From assembly GCA_003344405.1 (NCBI GenBank), contig NOWV01000128.1:1-64000 (forward strand): 64,000 nt of DNA, read 5' to 3'. Source of the DNA: Trichoplax sp. H2. Taxonomy: Eukaryota. Positions 41,801 through 56,635 of the stretch are shown here, piece after piece. How positions within the stretch are numbered: position 1 is the stretch's first letter; each line of letters opens with the position of its first letter. Made by a program: the position numbers and the translations under genes. Below the pieces are notes generated by a model that saw only the letters and a program-made list of their open reading frames with translations, had not been told where the DNA came from and made no database searches.

Positions 41801-42847
41801 ATGCCTGTAATTGTCCGGCATGCCATCAACTTAACAGTTTCAAATAATAATTTTAGTTATCATTCTAATGGCATTGATTACAATTTAATCCACACGTATG
41901 CTTCTATGGGTGCAATTCCGATCTTTTTACTCGGAGCAGTTGCTAATATTTTCATTTTATATGTCATCGCCATTTATTCCAAATTTCGGAAAAGAATTTA
42001 CAATTTAATATGCGTTACGGTAATATCTGATATACTATCAACATTGATATGCAGTATTAGTTATATTCTAGTAGTAGCAATCAATGTTCAACACTTGCTT
42101 GGTAGAGTGCTATGTAGAGTACTCGTATTTATAGTCATGACATCCTATGGTATCTCTATCTTAACGCTAAGCGCTATTGCTTTAGATCGCCTTCAAGCTA
42201 TCACAAAACCGATTACTTTTATTTACTGGAGGCGTAAATATAAAATCATGATCATCTCTCAAGTATTAATTTGGACTATATCGATAGCCGTATCATCACC
42301 CTTTTTAATCTTTATTGATACTTACCCAGATGAAGGAAAATTTTGTGATTTTCCAACTATTACAGCAGTTAATAGTCTCTTTTTTATTATATTAACATTA
42401 TGCTATTTTGTTGTTCCTTCCACTATATTCATTGTTTCATACAGCAAAATTATCAAATACATGAAAAGTTATACTCCACCGGGCCAATTAAACTTTAATC
42501 AAGACCAAAGTCAGAAAAAGAAAAATTTTATTAAAATGTTGATACTAATTACTGCTTCTCATCTTCTTATTACTTGGCCATATTTTGCTACTAATATTGG
42601 TATGGCCATCAATCGATATTCCTTAAGACAATTGCGTCAAAATCATTTTGTGTACTATTTGTTAGCCTTTTTCTCTTACGCAACAACGACGGCAGTTAGT
42701 GTGGCCAATCCATTCTTATTTTTGAAATTTGATGCGAATATCCGGGCAAAATCTTGGGAAATTATCAAACGACTTGCAATCGCTAATTGCTGCTATCCAT
42801 CAATTTCAGCAGTTACACCTATTACAGAATGTCCGGTGCCCTCATAG
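41801..42847 (+). CDS. Intronless class A orphan GPCR, 348 aa (not closely related to the duplicated pair)
   Basis: Seven TM segments; N-glycosylation sequons in the N-terminus (NLT, NFS), AN in TM1, SD in TM2, C-R at TM3, DRL, W in TM4, TWPY in TM6, NPFLF in TM7. Confidence 0.93.
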   Translation: MPVIVRHAINLTVSNNNFSYHSNGIDYNLIHTYASMGAIPIFLLGAVANIFILYVIAIYSKFRKRIYNLICVTVISDILSTLICSISYILVVAINVQHLLGRVLCRVLVFIVMTSYGISILTLSAIALDRLQAITKPITFIYWRRKYKIMIISQVLIWTISIAVSSPFLIFIDTYPDEGKFCDFPTITAVNSLFFIILTLCYFVVPSTIFIVSYSKIIKYMKSYTPPGQLNFNQDQSQKKKNFIKMLILITASHLLITWPYFATNIGMAINRYSLRQLRQNHFVYYLLAFFSYATTTAVSVANPFLFLKFDANIRAKSWEIIKRLAIANCCYPSISAVTPITECPVPS

Positions 42848-45800
42848 TATTAAGTTCAGGAAAATTATTCTTGCCTCTTTTTCTTAATTTTTCATTTCAA
42901 GTTCTACTGTAACATCAGCTATAAGTACTTTGTGAAATTAGTACTGAATAAGGTATTGTTACATAAATATAGAAAATAATATGGCTATTAAATTCTAGAA
43001 AACAATTATTTTTCATCTTATTATATTATGGTTAATATTCGATGATTCCGACGCTGACTTCACTGCCCTATTTACAAGTAATTGGCAGTCTACTCAATCT
43101 CAAATCGTATATTATACTGCATTACTTTGATAACATGATTGGAGATTAACCCAATCACGTCATTAATTGTGAAGAAATTAATCAGGCTCTTATTAAAGCG
43201 AAGTAGTTGAATGGATACTTTCTTTGTTATGTTTAATCAAAAAGTTCGAGTAAATTGATGCGAGTTACATTGATACCTAGAAAAATGAAATATACTGTGA
43301 CAAGTTAGATTAATTCAATCAAATTGTGAAATGTAACCGTTTTCATAGAATAGCTCTGCTAGCTATCTAGTGCGTCTTTTTTTATAATACTCAATAAAAT
43401 TTACTTTAAATTGGAGATGGAATTATTTTTAATCATTTTGTACAGTTTTCATTAGTGTCTTTAAACGTATTCTATTACATCAAGCAAAGATAATAATTAC
43501 TACATAGAATTATCTTAATAAGAGTTCATCATGATTGCTGTAACAGTTAAATGATGTTTGTTAAATCATAGTAGTACAAATAATTGGACCACTTGGATTG
43601 AGCTTGTTTTGATAAAGTGGAGACGAAAAGCCTTATGACCTTTTCATGCTTTCGTGTTACTCACGCATAACGCGATAATCATCGATGATTTCAAATAGCA
43701 ACATTATAGATTTAAAAGTAGTAATTTAATGTATTTGATTACAAGTAAGACGTTGGTGAGGCTAAGCTCATACTCTTATTTCCTAAATAGCTTGTAAGCA
43801 ACTTCAGAATGATCTACTAATCCAAATTATATTTTTTTAAATTTAGATTGATTTCAAGGGTAGCAAAGCAGATTAATTAATTTATCAGTTAGACTTGACA
43901 TCTTGATGTTAATGAAATTCATAAAAATCAATAACAATAAAAAGCGTTATGATTACATTCATGATGCAGATATTTCTCGAATGTCTAAAATCAGATTGTC
44001 ATTTCTGATTCTTGCAACCGATAAATCAACCATTTTAAGAGAACTTCCGTCGGGTACCATTTGCCGGTATCGATAATATATCGTTTGTTGCAAAAATACT
44101 GTTACCTTTCAGATTTCTAGCTAAATATCCTGTGTTGTCTATTTATGGGTCTCTTTATATTATATTTAATTACTAGATTGTATAAGACGATCATTAACGG
44201 ATATAAGCTGAATTAAATCTCGTTAAGACCATAAATACGATCGATATGATTAAAAATTAAGGAGTTTATTATCCTTTCTAAGAATAATAATAATAATTCA
44301 TTCTATGAGCGTTAATATTTTTACTGAATATACAAGTAATTACAAGTTTTTAAGAAGCGCTAATATTTGTAGTTAAAGAGTTTTCGAAAGTAACTGGAAA
44401 TAAATTGGATAAAATATTTTCATAAAGTGATGGGCATCTCCAGCAGGTGCATTCTATAGCATTTTTAGTCCTATAAACTTAACTGCCATACTCACTATCC
44501 AAAAAAATGTTACAGTATTTATTATTGAAATGGTTTTGTATTTCGAATATAAATTGGAATTGTTTGCGTCATTAGCGTTAACATACTGTAGAGTTGGTAC
44601 AAGAAGGATGGTAAAAGTGATAGATTTTACTGTAGTAAAATGAAAGCTATATAGAGACAGACAGCACAGATTAAGCATGTGTAGTCGGATAGTTACTGCG
44701 AGTTAGGTTTAGCGCGGATGCTTATGGTGAGACTGGTGAAAACTTGCTATCTAAGTATACGTTAGGTGCATCATTTTTACACCGTTCGATTATTATATAT
44801 GCGATAATATCATTGATCACTATGAAATTAGATAACAGCTACAATGTAGAATATGACAATCATGGCAAAATATATAGGTGTCATAATCTAGGAACTAATG
44901 ATACTTATATAATGTATCGTACGTCTATGAAAATATATTCTGCAGTATAATATTAGAGCAAGGATCATACTCCGTTTAAAGCATACAATATAAAGTTTTG
45001 CGACATAATGCAAACAATCCGCGTATAACTTATGACGATTACTATATCTTTATAAATTTATCGAAGCATATGAGAATTATTAGTAATCGCAGCTCGAGTA
45101 ATTAATGTGATTGCAATAAATTCTACAATTAAAACGTGCATAGCGCTAAAGTTGTATTAGTTGCGTATTTTCGTTTGCAATAAGGTTAGTTGTACGTCAT
45201 TTTCTTTGCTTTTTTATTTATGCCTGTGAAATAAAATAAAAGAAAGCCTACGCGTTTCTAATAGCAATGATTGAGATTTTTATAGAAAATCCTTTGATAG
45301 CACTACAAGCCCTCTGTCTTGTGTCAATTATATAGGGTTTATGATTTTAATATACGTATATTTGTAAATACGAAATTTTTTGACTTGGTATTAGAAGTGA
45401 ACGCTTAAAGTGTTTTCATTATATTTAAAGTTTCTACAAAATATTATTCATTAACACTCTGGAAAAATAGTAGGGCTGGGTAGCACTTACCACTGTTTCA
45501 GTACGTACATTGTACCCTAGTGTCTTAATTTAAAAGATGAGTAGCATAAAGATAAATTACATTATGTAGTAACTATGTAATTAAATGCTATAGGATAAAT
45601 TTATAAGCAAAGGCGATTTCTTTGCTTTAGAAATGATTTCCGTTGCTGCATCCTTTCCCACGAAAATTAATGGCTACCATTACAATCGCATATAGCAAAT
45701 AGTTTTATAGTCAAAAAAATAAAAAATTTAGGCTACTTGAGTGCAATAACACTAGTAATGACCACAGTGTCTTATTTGTTTTCTATTATATTCAATTACC

Positions 45801-46665
45801 AGCTGGATGAAATCAAGTTAAGTGAATCTCCTTAATGTAAGTGTAGTAAGGATATAATTTAATACCTTATCACTAATTGCTATCGTAGCATTACTTTGTG
45901 ATGTAATCGTAATTTTAATGGCGGGTACGAAAACCAATTCTATTATTTCATTTTATTGATTTTACCAAATGTAATCATACGTGCTATACCTTTAGTGCAT
46001 TTTGTCCGCTGACAATATTAACTTTTCTAAGTTAATAATTTATGATAAGAGAAATTTTCCGAAAGCGGAGACAATATTTAACTTAGACAACCAGTGGTAG
46101 CCTGAATAGATTGTATATTAATGTATTAAAATATTGACAAAGATATAAATATTTTATTATCCTTTATTAACAGGATTTCATAAATATAACAACGGCAATT
46201 GCTAGCATTGTCGAATGAAGCTATGCATCGTATCCTTATCCATTTGTCAGCTAACCAATAAACATTTACTATTCCAAAGGATACTAATACCGTAGCTGTA
46301 ATATGCACAAACAAAATCTCAAAAAAAGACAGGTTATAATTACAGTGCTGAAAGTCGAAATAATCATCATTCTTTCAGTACTATTCATCCTAAAAACGAC
46401 TGCAATACTATTCATAGACGTCATTAATATTATACAGAAAAGTAACACTATACAAATTAGCCTATTTTCTTTGTCGTAATTATAGTATAAGAACGCTATC
46501 ATTCTATTGCAGTCTGCGACGATCAATTCGTTTAATCATTACAAATGGTACAGAAACGCCTAATTAAAGAATTAATAAACCAGTCGTTATTATCTTTAAG
46601 GTAAAGAAGTCATTTAGTAATCTATAAGGTGTAACTGCCTAACAGCAGCAATAATTTATTGGTAC

Positions 46666-49533
46666 TTAGATAAGTTTTCTATTATATTCCGGTGGTGCTG
46701 TTTCATATTCCGAAGTTAGAAATGTAGATTCATTTCGATGTATATACCTAAGGTGACGAAAATGTATACAGAATTTCAAGTTACTATTTTATCATAATAA
46801 CTACTACATATGCAAGTCCATAAAGGCAGGTGTCGATTAATAAGCATTAATTGCATAGATAATGTAAAAGTAAAGGTCTCGCTAAATTTTTCTCTACGTA
46901 CTGTGATGGATAAACAATTTACTTACATAAGTATATCATCGACGAAATGCTGTACAAGGTTTATATTTTTTTCATCTAACGTTGTATATGTCATCACATT
47001 ACCAAGCTTGACTATAAAAGGTAAAGACATTGCATAATAATATGAGTAATGCAAGCTTATCAATTCAAAGTGCTATAATCTGATCACTGATAATTCTATC
47101 CATCATTGGTTATTTAACTATCATATTACTATCGCAAGTAATCTTAACATACCAAACAATCTTAGAAGGTGCTCTGCGCCGTAAATCTGTGACAATGACG
47201 TATCTTTAGAGTTTGTCTTTAAAATCTAAGTGTAAAACAAAATAGCGGTAAATTTTTGTAAAACTTGTCGAATATTTACCGAAAAGTATGTCAGATTAAA
47301 GACTAACCTCTGCATATTGCGGACGTTCAAATTTATATAGCAGTTGGGATCCTAACATGGAATTGAAATAGGTTCGAAGTCCAAGAGTAATCTCTCTTGC
47401 TAAGCCACTACGCACAAATAACGTATTAATCAAAATATTACATCCATAATATTCACGAAATTATTATCAAGGACATAATAAAAAGTCGAAAAATTTTCAT
47501 GTGTATCCTGACCTTACAGCAGCTGGTGATCCACGCTTTTCCTTTATGTAACTGTCAAGAATGTCATCAACTGCAAATTTTCTAGGCAACTTGATCAGCT
47601 AGGTTTTAAAATATCGTATTAAAAAATTGATTGGAGTAAAATGAACGTTAGCAGAGAGCTTAAGCAACCTTCAAGAGTCGTTTTCTTACCCGTTTCTGTC
47701 TATTAATGAAATCATAATCATCGATTAACCAACGTTTCATTTCTTCTGGTAGTTTAATTTTGATTTCGCCTTTCGCTGTTACCCCGTCCTCCTGCAACAT
47801 AAATAGTACGTACGATATATTTAGTGTTTCAGTTAGGATATTATTAAGCTATGTTTACAGTTATACTATTAGCAATACGGTATATATAGATATCAAGATT
47901 TTGTAAAAATTAGTCTATTAGAAGATGAAGCACTGAAATGTAAAAATATAATATCATAATACCACTTTTTACACAAACACCAGTAAAAAAACTATTGAAC
48001 GTGAACATTACCGATTCTATGGACTGTTCATTTCTTCCTCGTTTTCTTCTGGTTGGCTCCACTCCTGTTAATAAAGTTATAAATATCTTTAAACATTACA
48101 ATATAATTAGTCATTTACTTTTCTACAGTTCCTGTAAAAACGTGTAATAAACGTCATTGGTACGGCATACTGGATGTAGCTTTATCGATAGCGGACGGTG
48201 TAGAGGCACCTTTCTCCTTTTCGCCCATCTTTTTCCTTGTTCTTCTAACATTACTGTATAAAACACATGAAATATATTGCATATAGATTATACTGTGACG
48301 GCGGTTATGGATTTCAAACTAAGCCATCGATCTCTATAGTTAACGCTAGTCAATGGACAAACGATAGTGTAACCTACGATGTCCTCGTTTTGCCTTATAA
48401 TTTACAAAGCTACACATTCAGTATTACGGATTCACAGCATAACAAGCCACAGTTAAAAGCATTGACTTACGGATAACGTAATTTTAAATCCTTCTGAAGT
48501 TGTAAATTTTCGTCGTTGTATTTTAAGACACGATCTTCCGGCACCCATTCGTCCCAACTGAAATGGGATCATTAAAAGCGTAAGCTAAACTGATACATTA
48601 TACCATTGACATTTAGCAGCTACTACACTGAATACTGGACCGTAAGTAGGGTAGTATTCTAGCGGAGACTGTATTTTAAATTTTGCACAATATCTTTCCA
48701 TTGTAGAGTTACCACCTCGTCGACTTACGAACTGTGCAAGACTAAATAAGGTAAGATGATGCGTTATTTTACTCTGGCAGTCAGGCAATATATTCAAGTT
48801 ACAGTTAGGGCAACGATTTAGATTAATGTTGTATAGAGCATATTCATCGACTCAGTCTATAGGACGGTAAATATCATGTACGTACAGCATAAGCTATCGC
48901 AAGAAACTGATAATCTAGCAAGCGTTCCATAATATTACACGTTTACATCATCCATGTTATACTGAGTCATTGTACGCGTACTGTCCAATCCTATAGAATA
49001 GACTGTCAAACTATGTGGAAAATGTGAACATGCCTAGCAGAATCAATAGTGGTTTACAAGTGACTGCAGAAATTACAACATGTATTCAAGAATGCAAGGC
49101 AATCTGACTAAGTAATCCATTTCATGATCCAATTGCAGGCATAGGGCTATACAGTATTACTTACTTTTTATTCCAACCATTGTAATGGATCAAGTATTTC
49201 ATTTTACCATTATTGTCGTCGATTTCAAATTTGATACACTAGAAAAAAGATGAAGGATAACATCATTCAATAGCAGTAGTTGATACCATGAAGGTATTCC
49301 TTTTCAAGTTGTACATGATTATTGCGCCATATTACTGTACAGTATATATCCATCATTAACCGATCAAAACTGACAACGAATCAATTCAATTCACCACCAT
49401 CATCCAGCTGCATGATACAGTCTATCAACGATAATGAATAGAGTTACGTTACCTTCGATTCATAAAGAAGCGGCCCATGATAGCATAGCACTCGTTCAGA
49501 ATCAGCAAACATTGGCTTCCCGGTGTCGGCCAT
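46666..49533 (-). CDS. MORF4L1: MRG15 / mortality factor 4-like 1 (chromo-barrel + MRG domain), 11 exons, 301 aa
   Basis: Exons 49533-49453, 49238-49165, 48557-48471, 48253-48171, 48064-48012, 47791-47690, 47598-47513, 47407-47308, 47225-47153, 47011-46927, 46747-46666 (906 nt). Motifs ERVLCYHGPLLYESK, HYNGWNKNWDEWVPEDRVLKY, YFNSMLGSQLLYKFERPQY, IYGAEHLLRLFVKLG, EYETAPPEY. Confidence 0.96.
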
Positions 49534-49539
49534 CCTGGA

Positions 49540-50020
49540 GTGCAGCTAAATTCAAAAAGTTTCGCTAACCTGCCAACCAGTTGATTACGACCTAACTAAG
49601 GGTACAGCAGTTGAAATGGAGTTGGCCAGCGGTCATCTTGTACGTGATACCAATCCAACTACTGTACTCTACGGAATCGGACTGTGTATCTTCAATGTGT
49701 ATGGAGGTTGGACTTTTCTCTTTCTGGCTTAATATACCAATGTCCAATTATCCATACTTCCGTACGATCTTGGATAGATCTTGACCAGATCTCTTCACCA
49801 TGGAGACACAGTCTGATTTTTCGTGTAGTACTGTACAAGAAACGCTTTCTACTGTAGCGGGACGACAGTAGACTGTACCTGTAGTCAACATTGTACAGCA
49901 TTCGCGACTGCGCGTTGCTGCATGAACTATTTTCCTGTTTCAGATGGCGGATATGCGATATGGCGTTATAACGCGATGTGCTATAGTCCGATTGGACATA
50001 AACTAGAGTACAGTTTATAT
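49540..50020. promoter_or_regulatory. GC-elevated upstream region of MORF4L1 with ACTGTAC cluster
   Basis: ACTGTAC at 49661, 49830, 49872 and GTACAGT at 50008. Confidence 0.45.
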
Positions 50021-51997
50021 CACCTAAAATGGATCATGAGCCAATGGACACGATAGTCATTGCGGTTTGCAATGGATACTTGTCAGTTGTTTTCCATCGC
50101 TAGGTCGTAATGAAGAGCTCGCTGATTGGGCATGATTTGTTATTCAATATTGGCACAAACTAAGTTATAAGAGAATAAGACATAGACTCGTATAAGCGTA
50201 TATTTATTAGAGGTGATTCGAGATCCATATTCTGAACTAAAAAATGAGGTACGGTATCGATGGAGGCATAGGTAGCAATTATTTATTCTGTAACTTTAAA
50301 GTATGAAATGACTCATAATAAATTCCTCACTTGCACCAAGTCCGTTGCTGCACCATGTACAGTACACGATTTTGCCTTTATGATTTTTAAAGTTATCTAA
50401 CAGTACAAGATTTTAAAATCAAACCATCAATAGCAGAGGACCAATTACTCGTACTACGAATGGCAGTCTTCCAAATAATCGGTAGAACGAATATCGTAAA
50501 ATCAATCATATATCTGATTATATTGCATACGGACTGCTATCTTGCACTGCAGAAAGTATGAAAATGGTCACTGCACACGCATAAATAACAGTCCGCTGAA
50601 AAATGTTGCGGCGCTTTTTGAACCACGACGATAGACACAGTCACAAAGAACTGCTTTGGAACGTTAAACGTTATAATGAGTAATCACTAGTTCATTCAAG
50701 CTCTGCACCACTTATTGTAGATCTACGCTCGAGGCGAAAGAATGTCGCTCTAGAGTTTAACAAGAGTAGAATTTGACTTTCAGTTATTAGACACATTACG
50801 TCATGTTATATGCAGTACTAGTGGTACCCATTTAGGTTTTAGGTTTTCTACTGAGGACGATATAATGAGTAATAAATACACCAATATCAAGCATGAAGTA
50901 AAACCTTCTCAGGGTGTGGCATAAATAAAACTCTAAGAGTAGTAGTGAATGAGGAGAAGACCTCTTCCGTTTACTTAAAGGAGACTTGATGATGAGTCAT
51001 TAAACTATTGTATAATTATTATATTATATTATATTGATTTATTATTCATAAAATACAGTATTACTTTACCGACTATAGTATATTGTACTCAGTGTCATTC
51101 TGTAATTACTATTATTATTTGGTTTCCCGGATACAGAAACAAGATCGAGTATTTTCTCCTTACTTGTGGTAGCAACATAAGCTTCTGCATAGTAAATAAT
51201 AACAATATAATACAGTAGAACTATAGTATGTGCGGGAACATAGCTTAGGTCTGTCGATCTCTAGTCCCGGGGTATCACGAAGTACTTCCTACGTATACTG
51301 ATGTACATACACTGGAGGATTTGGACGGCCCATTCTATATCATATACACGCACACATGATTTGTCCGTAATTTGACGTAAATTACAGTCATTGCTGGTAG
51401 ACGTGAATGCTGGAGGGGTTCGATGGAAAAGACTGTTAATTCGGCTGACTACTAATTTGAGTGAAATATACAAGTTGAAAATGATGCTAGCAATAACGCC
51501 ATAAACCTTACGATGTCGATATTATACTAGAAATAGACAGCAACAAGTAATTTAGCGGTAAGAAGTAATTTGGGATAAAATAGCCGCGTACGAGTGCAGT
51601 ACTGCACAAGTCACGATAGAAGAACACGATCATATCGTGAATGATTATCGCACTGTACGAGAAATAATGAGCACTACGAACATCAGTCTTGCGATTATCA
51701 TCATATAACATGAATCGTTTTGTTATTATTGCATCTGCATTTTTTGGGATTTTGTAGACTAAATTTACTTACAGTTGGTCTAAATTATTTTTAAATCAAA
51801 TGAAAACAGACTCGTCTTAGTTTTATTTTATTTTATTCGTTTGGGATCAGAACATTTAGACTAGAACACCATTTTAATACAGTATACGATATTCTGCTAT
51901 TCTAAATAAGTTGATGCTATACTATGCTGAAAAAAAACATGTACTCTTATTTGCATAATTTTAAGTCCGGTTTAAAACGTCGACTGGTACCGTAACT

Positions 51998-54524
51998 ATG
52001 GGATCAACACCATCGACAACCGTAAAAGTGATCAAAAATAATCATAATACCAATCATAATGGGTAAGTTAGATAATTTTAGACATAATTGTCATATTTAT
52101 CAGTATATAATATGCTTAGATAGACGTACTTTAATATTAAAAACTCAATAAAGTGGTAATGTCATTAATACATCGGTGTGTACAGTAAAGTATTGCATAC
52201 CAGTATGCACATATGGTAGTCGTAGCTTCGATTGTATGGATTTATAGCTTATCAAATCAAGCTTGGAATAAAATTACAATTTGATTATACATTCATTTTT
52301 TATCTTCTATTTAGAAATGGTGCTTCGGAAGATAAAGCTAAGAATACTTTGCCATTTGAGGTACCAATAATCAGACCAATTAATCTGCCTTTCGGTATAC
52401 TGTATATATAACATAGTTGTCATGTTATTGATATTTTTGGATAATGAAATTCTAAAACTGTTATGAACACCTGTTGCAATTTTATATTCAAATTCTCGTA
52501 GAGACAAGCGGATTGGCAGATGCGATTAGTAAGTGCAGAGGTAGAAGTATCTGAAAAACAACTTGATCGACTGGAGGTGGATGTAACTCGTCTTAAATCT
52601 CAGGTACATTAATTACTCAAATAGGAATTTAAGTCAAACAACGTATACAGTGATATCTTAAGCTACGAGGCATTTATATGAAGTTTTGGAAATATTTCTT
52701 TATTTTCTTGAATTAAGTTCAAGAACTTTGCAATAATTTCAACTCTAATTCGATTCTTAATCTATACTGCTAGTCAATCAGTGTTTCGATTAAATTGCAA
52801 CATACTAGTTTCTATTTATATCGCGTAATCACAAGGTGATTTTTCTTAACGATCCAAATAAAAATCGAAGACACTAGTCCAAGGGGAAACTATCATCTAT
52901 ATTGTATCATAAAATTGGAGCTTGAGCAGAAAGCTAGCGCATAATAAAATATACTTTGAGTCATGATACTCCTCTAATATAGTGCTTTTGTTACTACAAG
53001 TACTTCACGAAATAGGTAACAGAATAGTGATTTTAACGGTCTATCTGTATGCATATATTATTAACATTTTACTGGCAGTAGCAGAATTTAATCATAAAGT
53101 AATAGTTGATCAAAGAGTATACCGGCTATACCATTCAATTTTAATTTTAACCGTATTGAAAACATAAGAATAGAAGAAATAGAGCTAAATTTTGTATTGT
53201 TCATTTTATCCCAGGCTTAGAGTACCTTATTGCTTCTCAATTGATTAGAGATGATCAAGATATAATGCGATCTATTAAAATTTACTCAAATTTATCATTA
53301 TTAGAATTTTTCTTCGCTAAGATATCAATGTATTTTCGACTGTTAGATAAATTGAAAGTTGATGTTTACGTCTTTTCCTTATTAAAATTCACATTCATGA
53401 TATGATTAATGAGCCATCAATCCGAATAAATTGATCTAATTCAATTTAAAGCTACTATGTATTACCTTATAATTTCTACATTAATACCTGGTAGAATGTA
53501 GAATTACAAGTTGAAAACGAAAATTTACGGCAAGCTCTAGCCAATGCTGAAAGGCAACTTGAAATTGTCAAAGATGAAAATAGTGACTTCATTTTGGAAA
53601 TCAAAAGAAAATATGAACAGCAAATTACTAATAAAAATCACGTAAGAAACAGCATTTCTTACTTTGAATCGTATTTTCATGCCATAAAGTGCTGTATTCA
53701 TTGTTCCGTTCATGATTCTTTGATCTTATATAATTGCAATCGAAATGAAATTAACCCATATGATTGTTCATCTCTGTCTTTCAGAAAATAGATACATTGA
53801 CAGAGAGTTTACGGCAAGCTGAATCAACCGTAGTAAAACTTGTAGGGATACTATTTAGGCTTCTATTCGGCTTTCAAATTATCTTGCAATTAATCAATTA
53901 AATAATAGTTTTCATGGGGCATCATTTGTGCTAGTAATAAGTGCCATATATTGGCATTTTATTATATATTTAGAAAGAAAAATATTCAAAAAGGATTGAC
54001 AAGATACGAACGAATTCCGCAAAAAGCAGACAAGAATCAGCGCTGCAATTAATGTCTAGTAAAGAAAAGGTCACTCGCTTAGTTGAAGATAATAACAATT
54101 TGCAAGGTATGCTATATATAGCAAATTTAGAACTAAATTTATTAGTGAAATAAATTATAGTATGAGATTCAGTACGGTACCTTATTACTACGTGAATAAG
54201 AAATATGGGATATCATTAAATCGTTGAAGGTGTATTGGGCAATGCTTAAAAAGTTAAATACAAATCGTACGATTTAATTTTGTACTTATTTTTGGGTTTT
54301 TAGAGCAAATCAGACAGTTGATTTTACACGGGAACAGTAATGATCCGGCAGAATCAGGTAGTGATCCTTATAAAGATAGCATGATTATCTTGGAAGAGAA
54401 GAGAAATACCTTGGTATTGCAACTGTCTGAACAAATTTCTGCGCTAGAAGATGAGAAGAGATTACTATCATTCGATTTGCGAGCAGCTTTAAATAAAATT
54501 AAAGATTTAGAAGTTGAACGATGA
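51998..54524 (+). CDS. Coiled-coil protein, 7 exons, 256 aa, N-terminal MGxxxS motif (weak resemblance to CCDC192-like proteins)
   Basis: Exons 51998-52062, 52315-52360, 52502-52603, 53495-53641, 53785-53841, 53974-54106, 54304-54524 (771 nt), GT-AG and in phase. Heptad-rich E/K/Q/L sequence (EKQLDRLEVDVTRLKSQNVELQVENENLRQAL...LVLQLSEQISALEDEKRLL). Confidence 0.78.
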
Positions 54525-56635
54525 TCTTAAAGCTACAAGGAGATATAATATTACTGCCAATAATTTGAAACGAAAAAATATCTATATCAGCTAATTAACA
54601 CATTCAATTGGCTTATTTGCTATTTTTAACATTTTATGATAAGGCTCTCCACAATTAATTCAATTTTATGTATTAAAGACTGCTGCACTTAGTGTTCATA
54701 ATATAACGATAAATAATTTAATTTTTAAAAGATTTTACAAAGAGATAAGCTAGTTACTTCTTATTTTTTTTTATTATTCATCGATCACTTTCAATGAGAA
54801 ATATATAATTAAGTATGATATTCTTCGCAAGTGAAATATCAAACCACGAAGTTATGCTTGGAAACTTACTCAATGGATTATAATCTGAACTTTGCACTGT
54901 AAAGTCTTGCATATTCGTATCTATCAATTTCTATAAGTTATCAAAGTTACTATTGCTGAGGCAACTGTGCTTAGATATTATCTATCTGTGCTCCATATAG
55001 GTAGCTAAATAATGGAACTTTGTCTGTATAGGTGTATGATTCCAGTTACTTGCCATCTTAAAACGAGTTGCATTTACTGTACGACTAAGTCTATTTTAAA
55101 CTTAATCAAATCAAACTTGGGTAAATGCTTCCATTTTAAGTTGTCAAATAAAACAAAGATTTCTATTATGTAAATGTTGCTATATCGATAAAAATGCAGT
55201 ACAATTGCAACAAATAAATTTGTTACGAGATAAATGCAAATGGTGACTTATTTCATACATCGAAGGAGATGATAAGCAGAGCGGACTATTTCAGATTATC
55301 TCGCTATCAATCAGTCGTAAAACCGTTATATACCGAAGTTAGGTACGATTATTTAATTATAATTAGTTACCATACTAATCGATCGGACTGTAAACAGAGG
55401 CTGTTTATGATTCAATCCAAATATGTTACATTGAATGGTGGACGGCGGAAATGCATTGTTAGTTATACCATGGATTACTAAAAATATTTCTTTAGCAGTC
55501 CATGATTATATTTAGACCTAAGTAAGATTTTCGAAAATCTATTCATTGGAGCTTGCTCATTTCTGAGCACATTATGAGAAGCAATTCGATTTGAAGTTCT
55601 GTTACCTTGCAAGAAAACGCAACAAATTACTTACTTTATTATTGAATCTTCAAGGTAAGGATGATGGTTATTTATTAGGATATTATTTCAGTGTAAATTA
55701 TTAATTAAAAAAAAATGTAACATTCAACCAGAAGAATAATTGCTAGCTATTTGTTAATAGTTCGATCTCAGATAAAAATTGTAACTAAAAATCAAACCAT
55801 TTTATAAGTAATAAACCCTAACTACAGTGTCGTGGAGTCTTCGAACCAATGATTGCTCAAGCTTGCTACTAAAATAGATGGATCAATGTAAGTATTAAAA
55901 GTACAAGGATTTGCACTCGAGCAAGGTTGCAGTAAAAAGTTATGCACTATATACGAGTATATCGAAAGAATCTACCAAATGCACACGTGAATGGTAGAAT
56001 CTTTCAAATAAAAAATTTATTTCTGTTATGCTGCTTATTGATACACAGGACAAATAACCAAATCAGTACTCATTTATATTGCTCACAGATTATGCCCAAA
56101 TCATAGCTTTTTTTCTTCTTCTGAAATTATTCGTAACACTACTTCCTAATATATGCACAACATGTATTATAGCATCGCCTTTGACAGCAGCAAAATAATA
56201 AGCAACATTCGATATCATGCCATCACATTACACTTAACACTTTTTAGGTCATGATTACACTTTATGGTATATAACTTGCGGTAGCACGGAAGTTAGCTAT
56301 CATTTATCAACATAATTAGCAGTGTGTTGTCGCATAATTGCTGTTACCAATTACAATGATGTTATGAACAAGGGGATTGATTTGTGAATTTCAATATTGA
56401 AAGAAATACTGCATTTGGATTAAAAATAAATTGAAATAAGCAGAAAGCAGAACTATCCTATGAGCTATAGTCTTGCCTCGTACGTATTGTCTACTGTGCC
56501 ATTCAATTTTTTACTGTGTATAACGAAATCGTGTTGATTATACTTAATTTTAATATTCCACTCTATACAAGGGCTATCGTTTTCGCAACCCGTTCGATAG
56601 TGCCGTTAGAGTAATTACTGCATTAGCTGTACATA

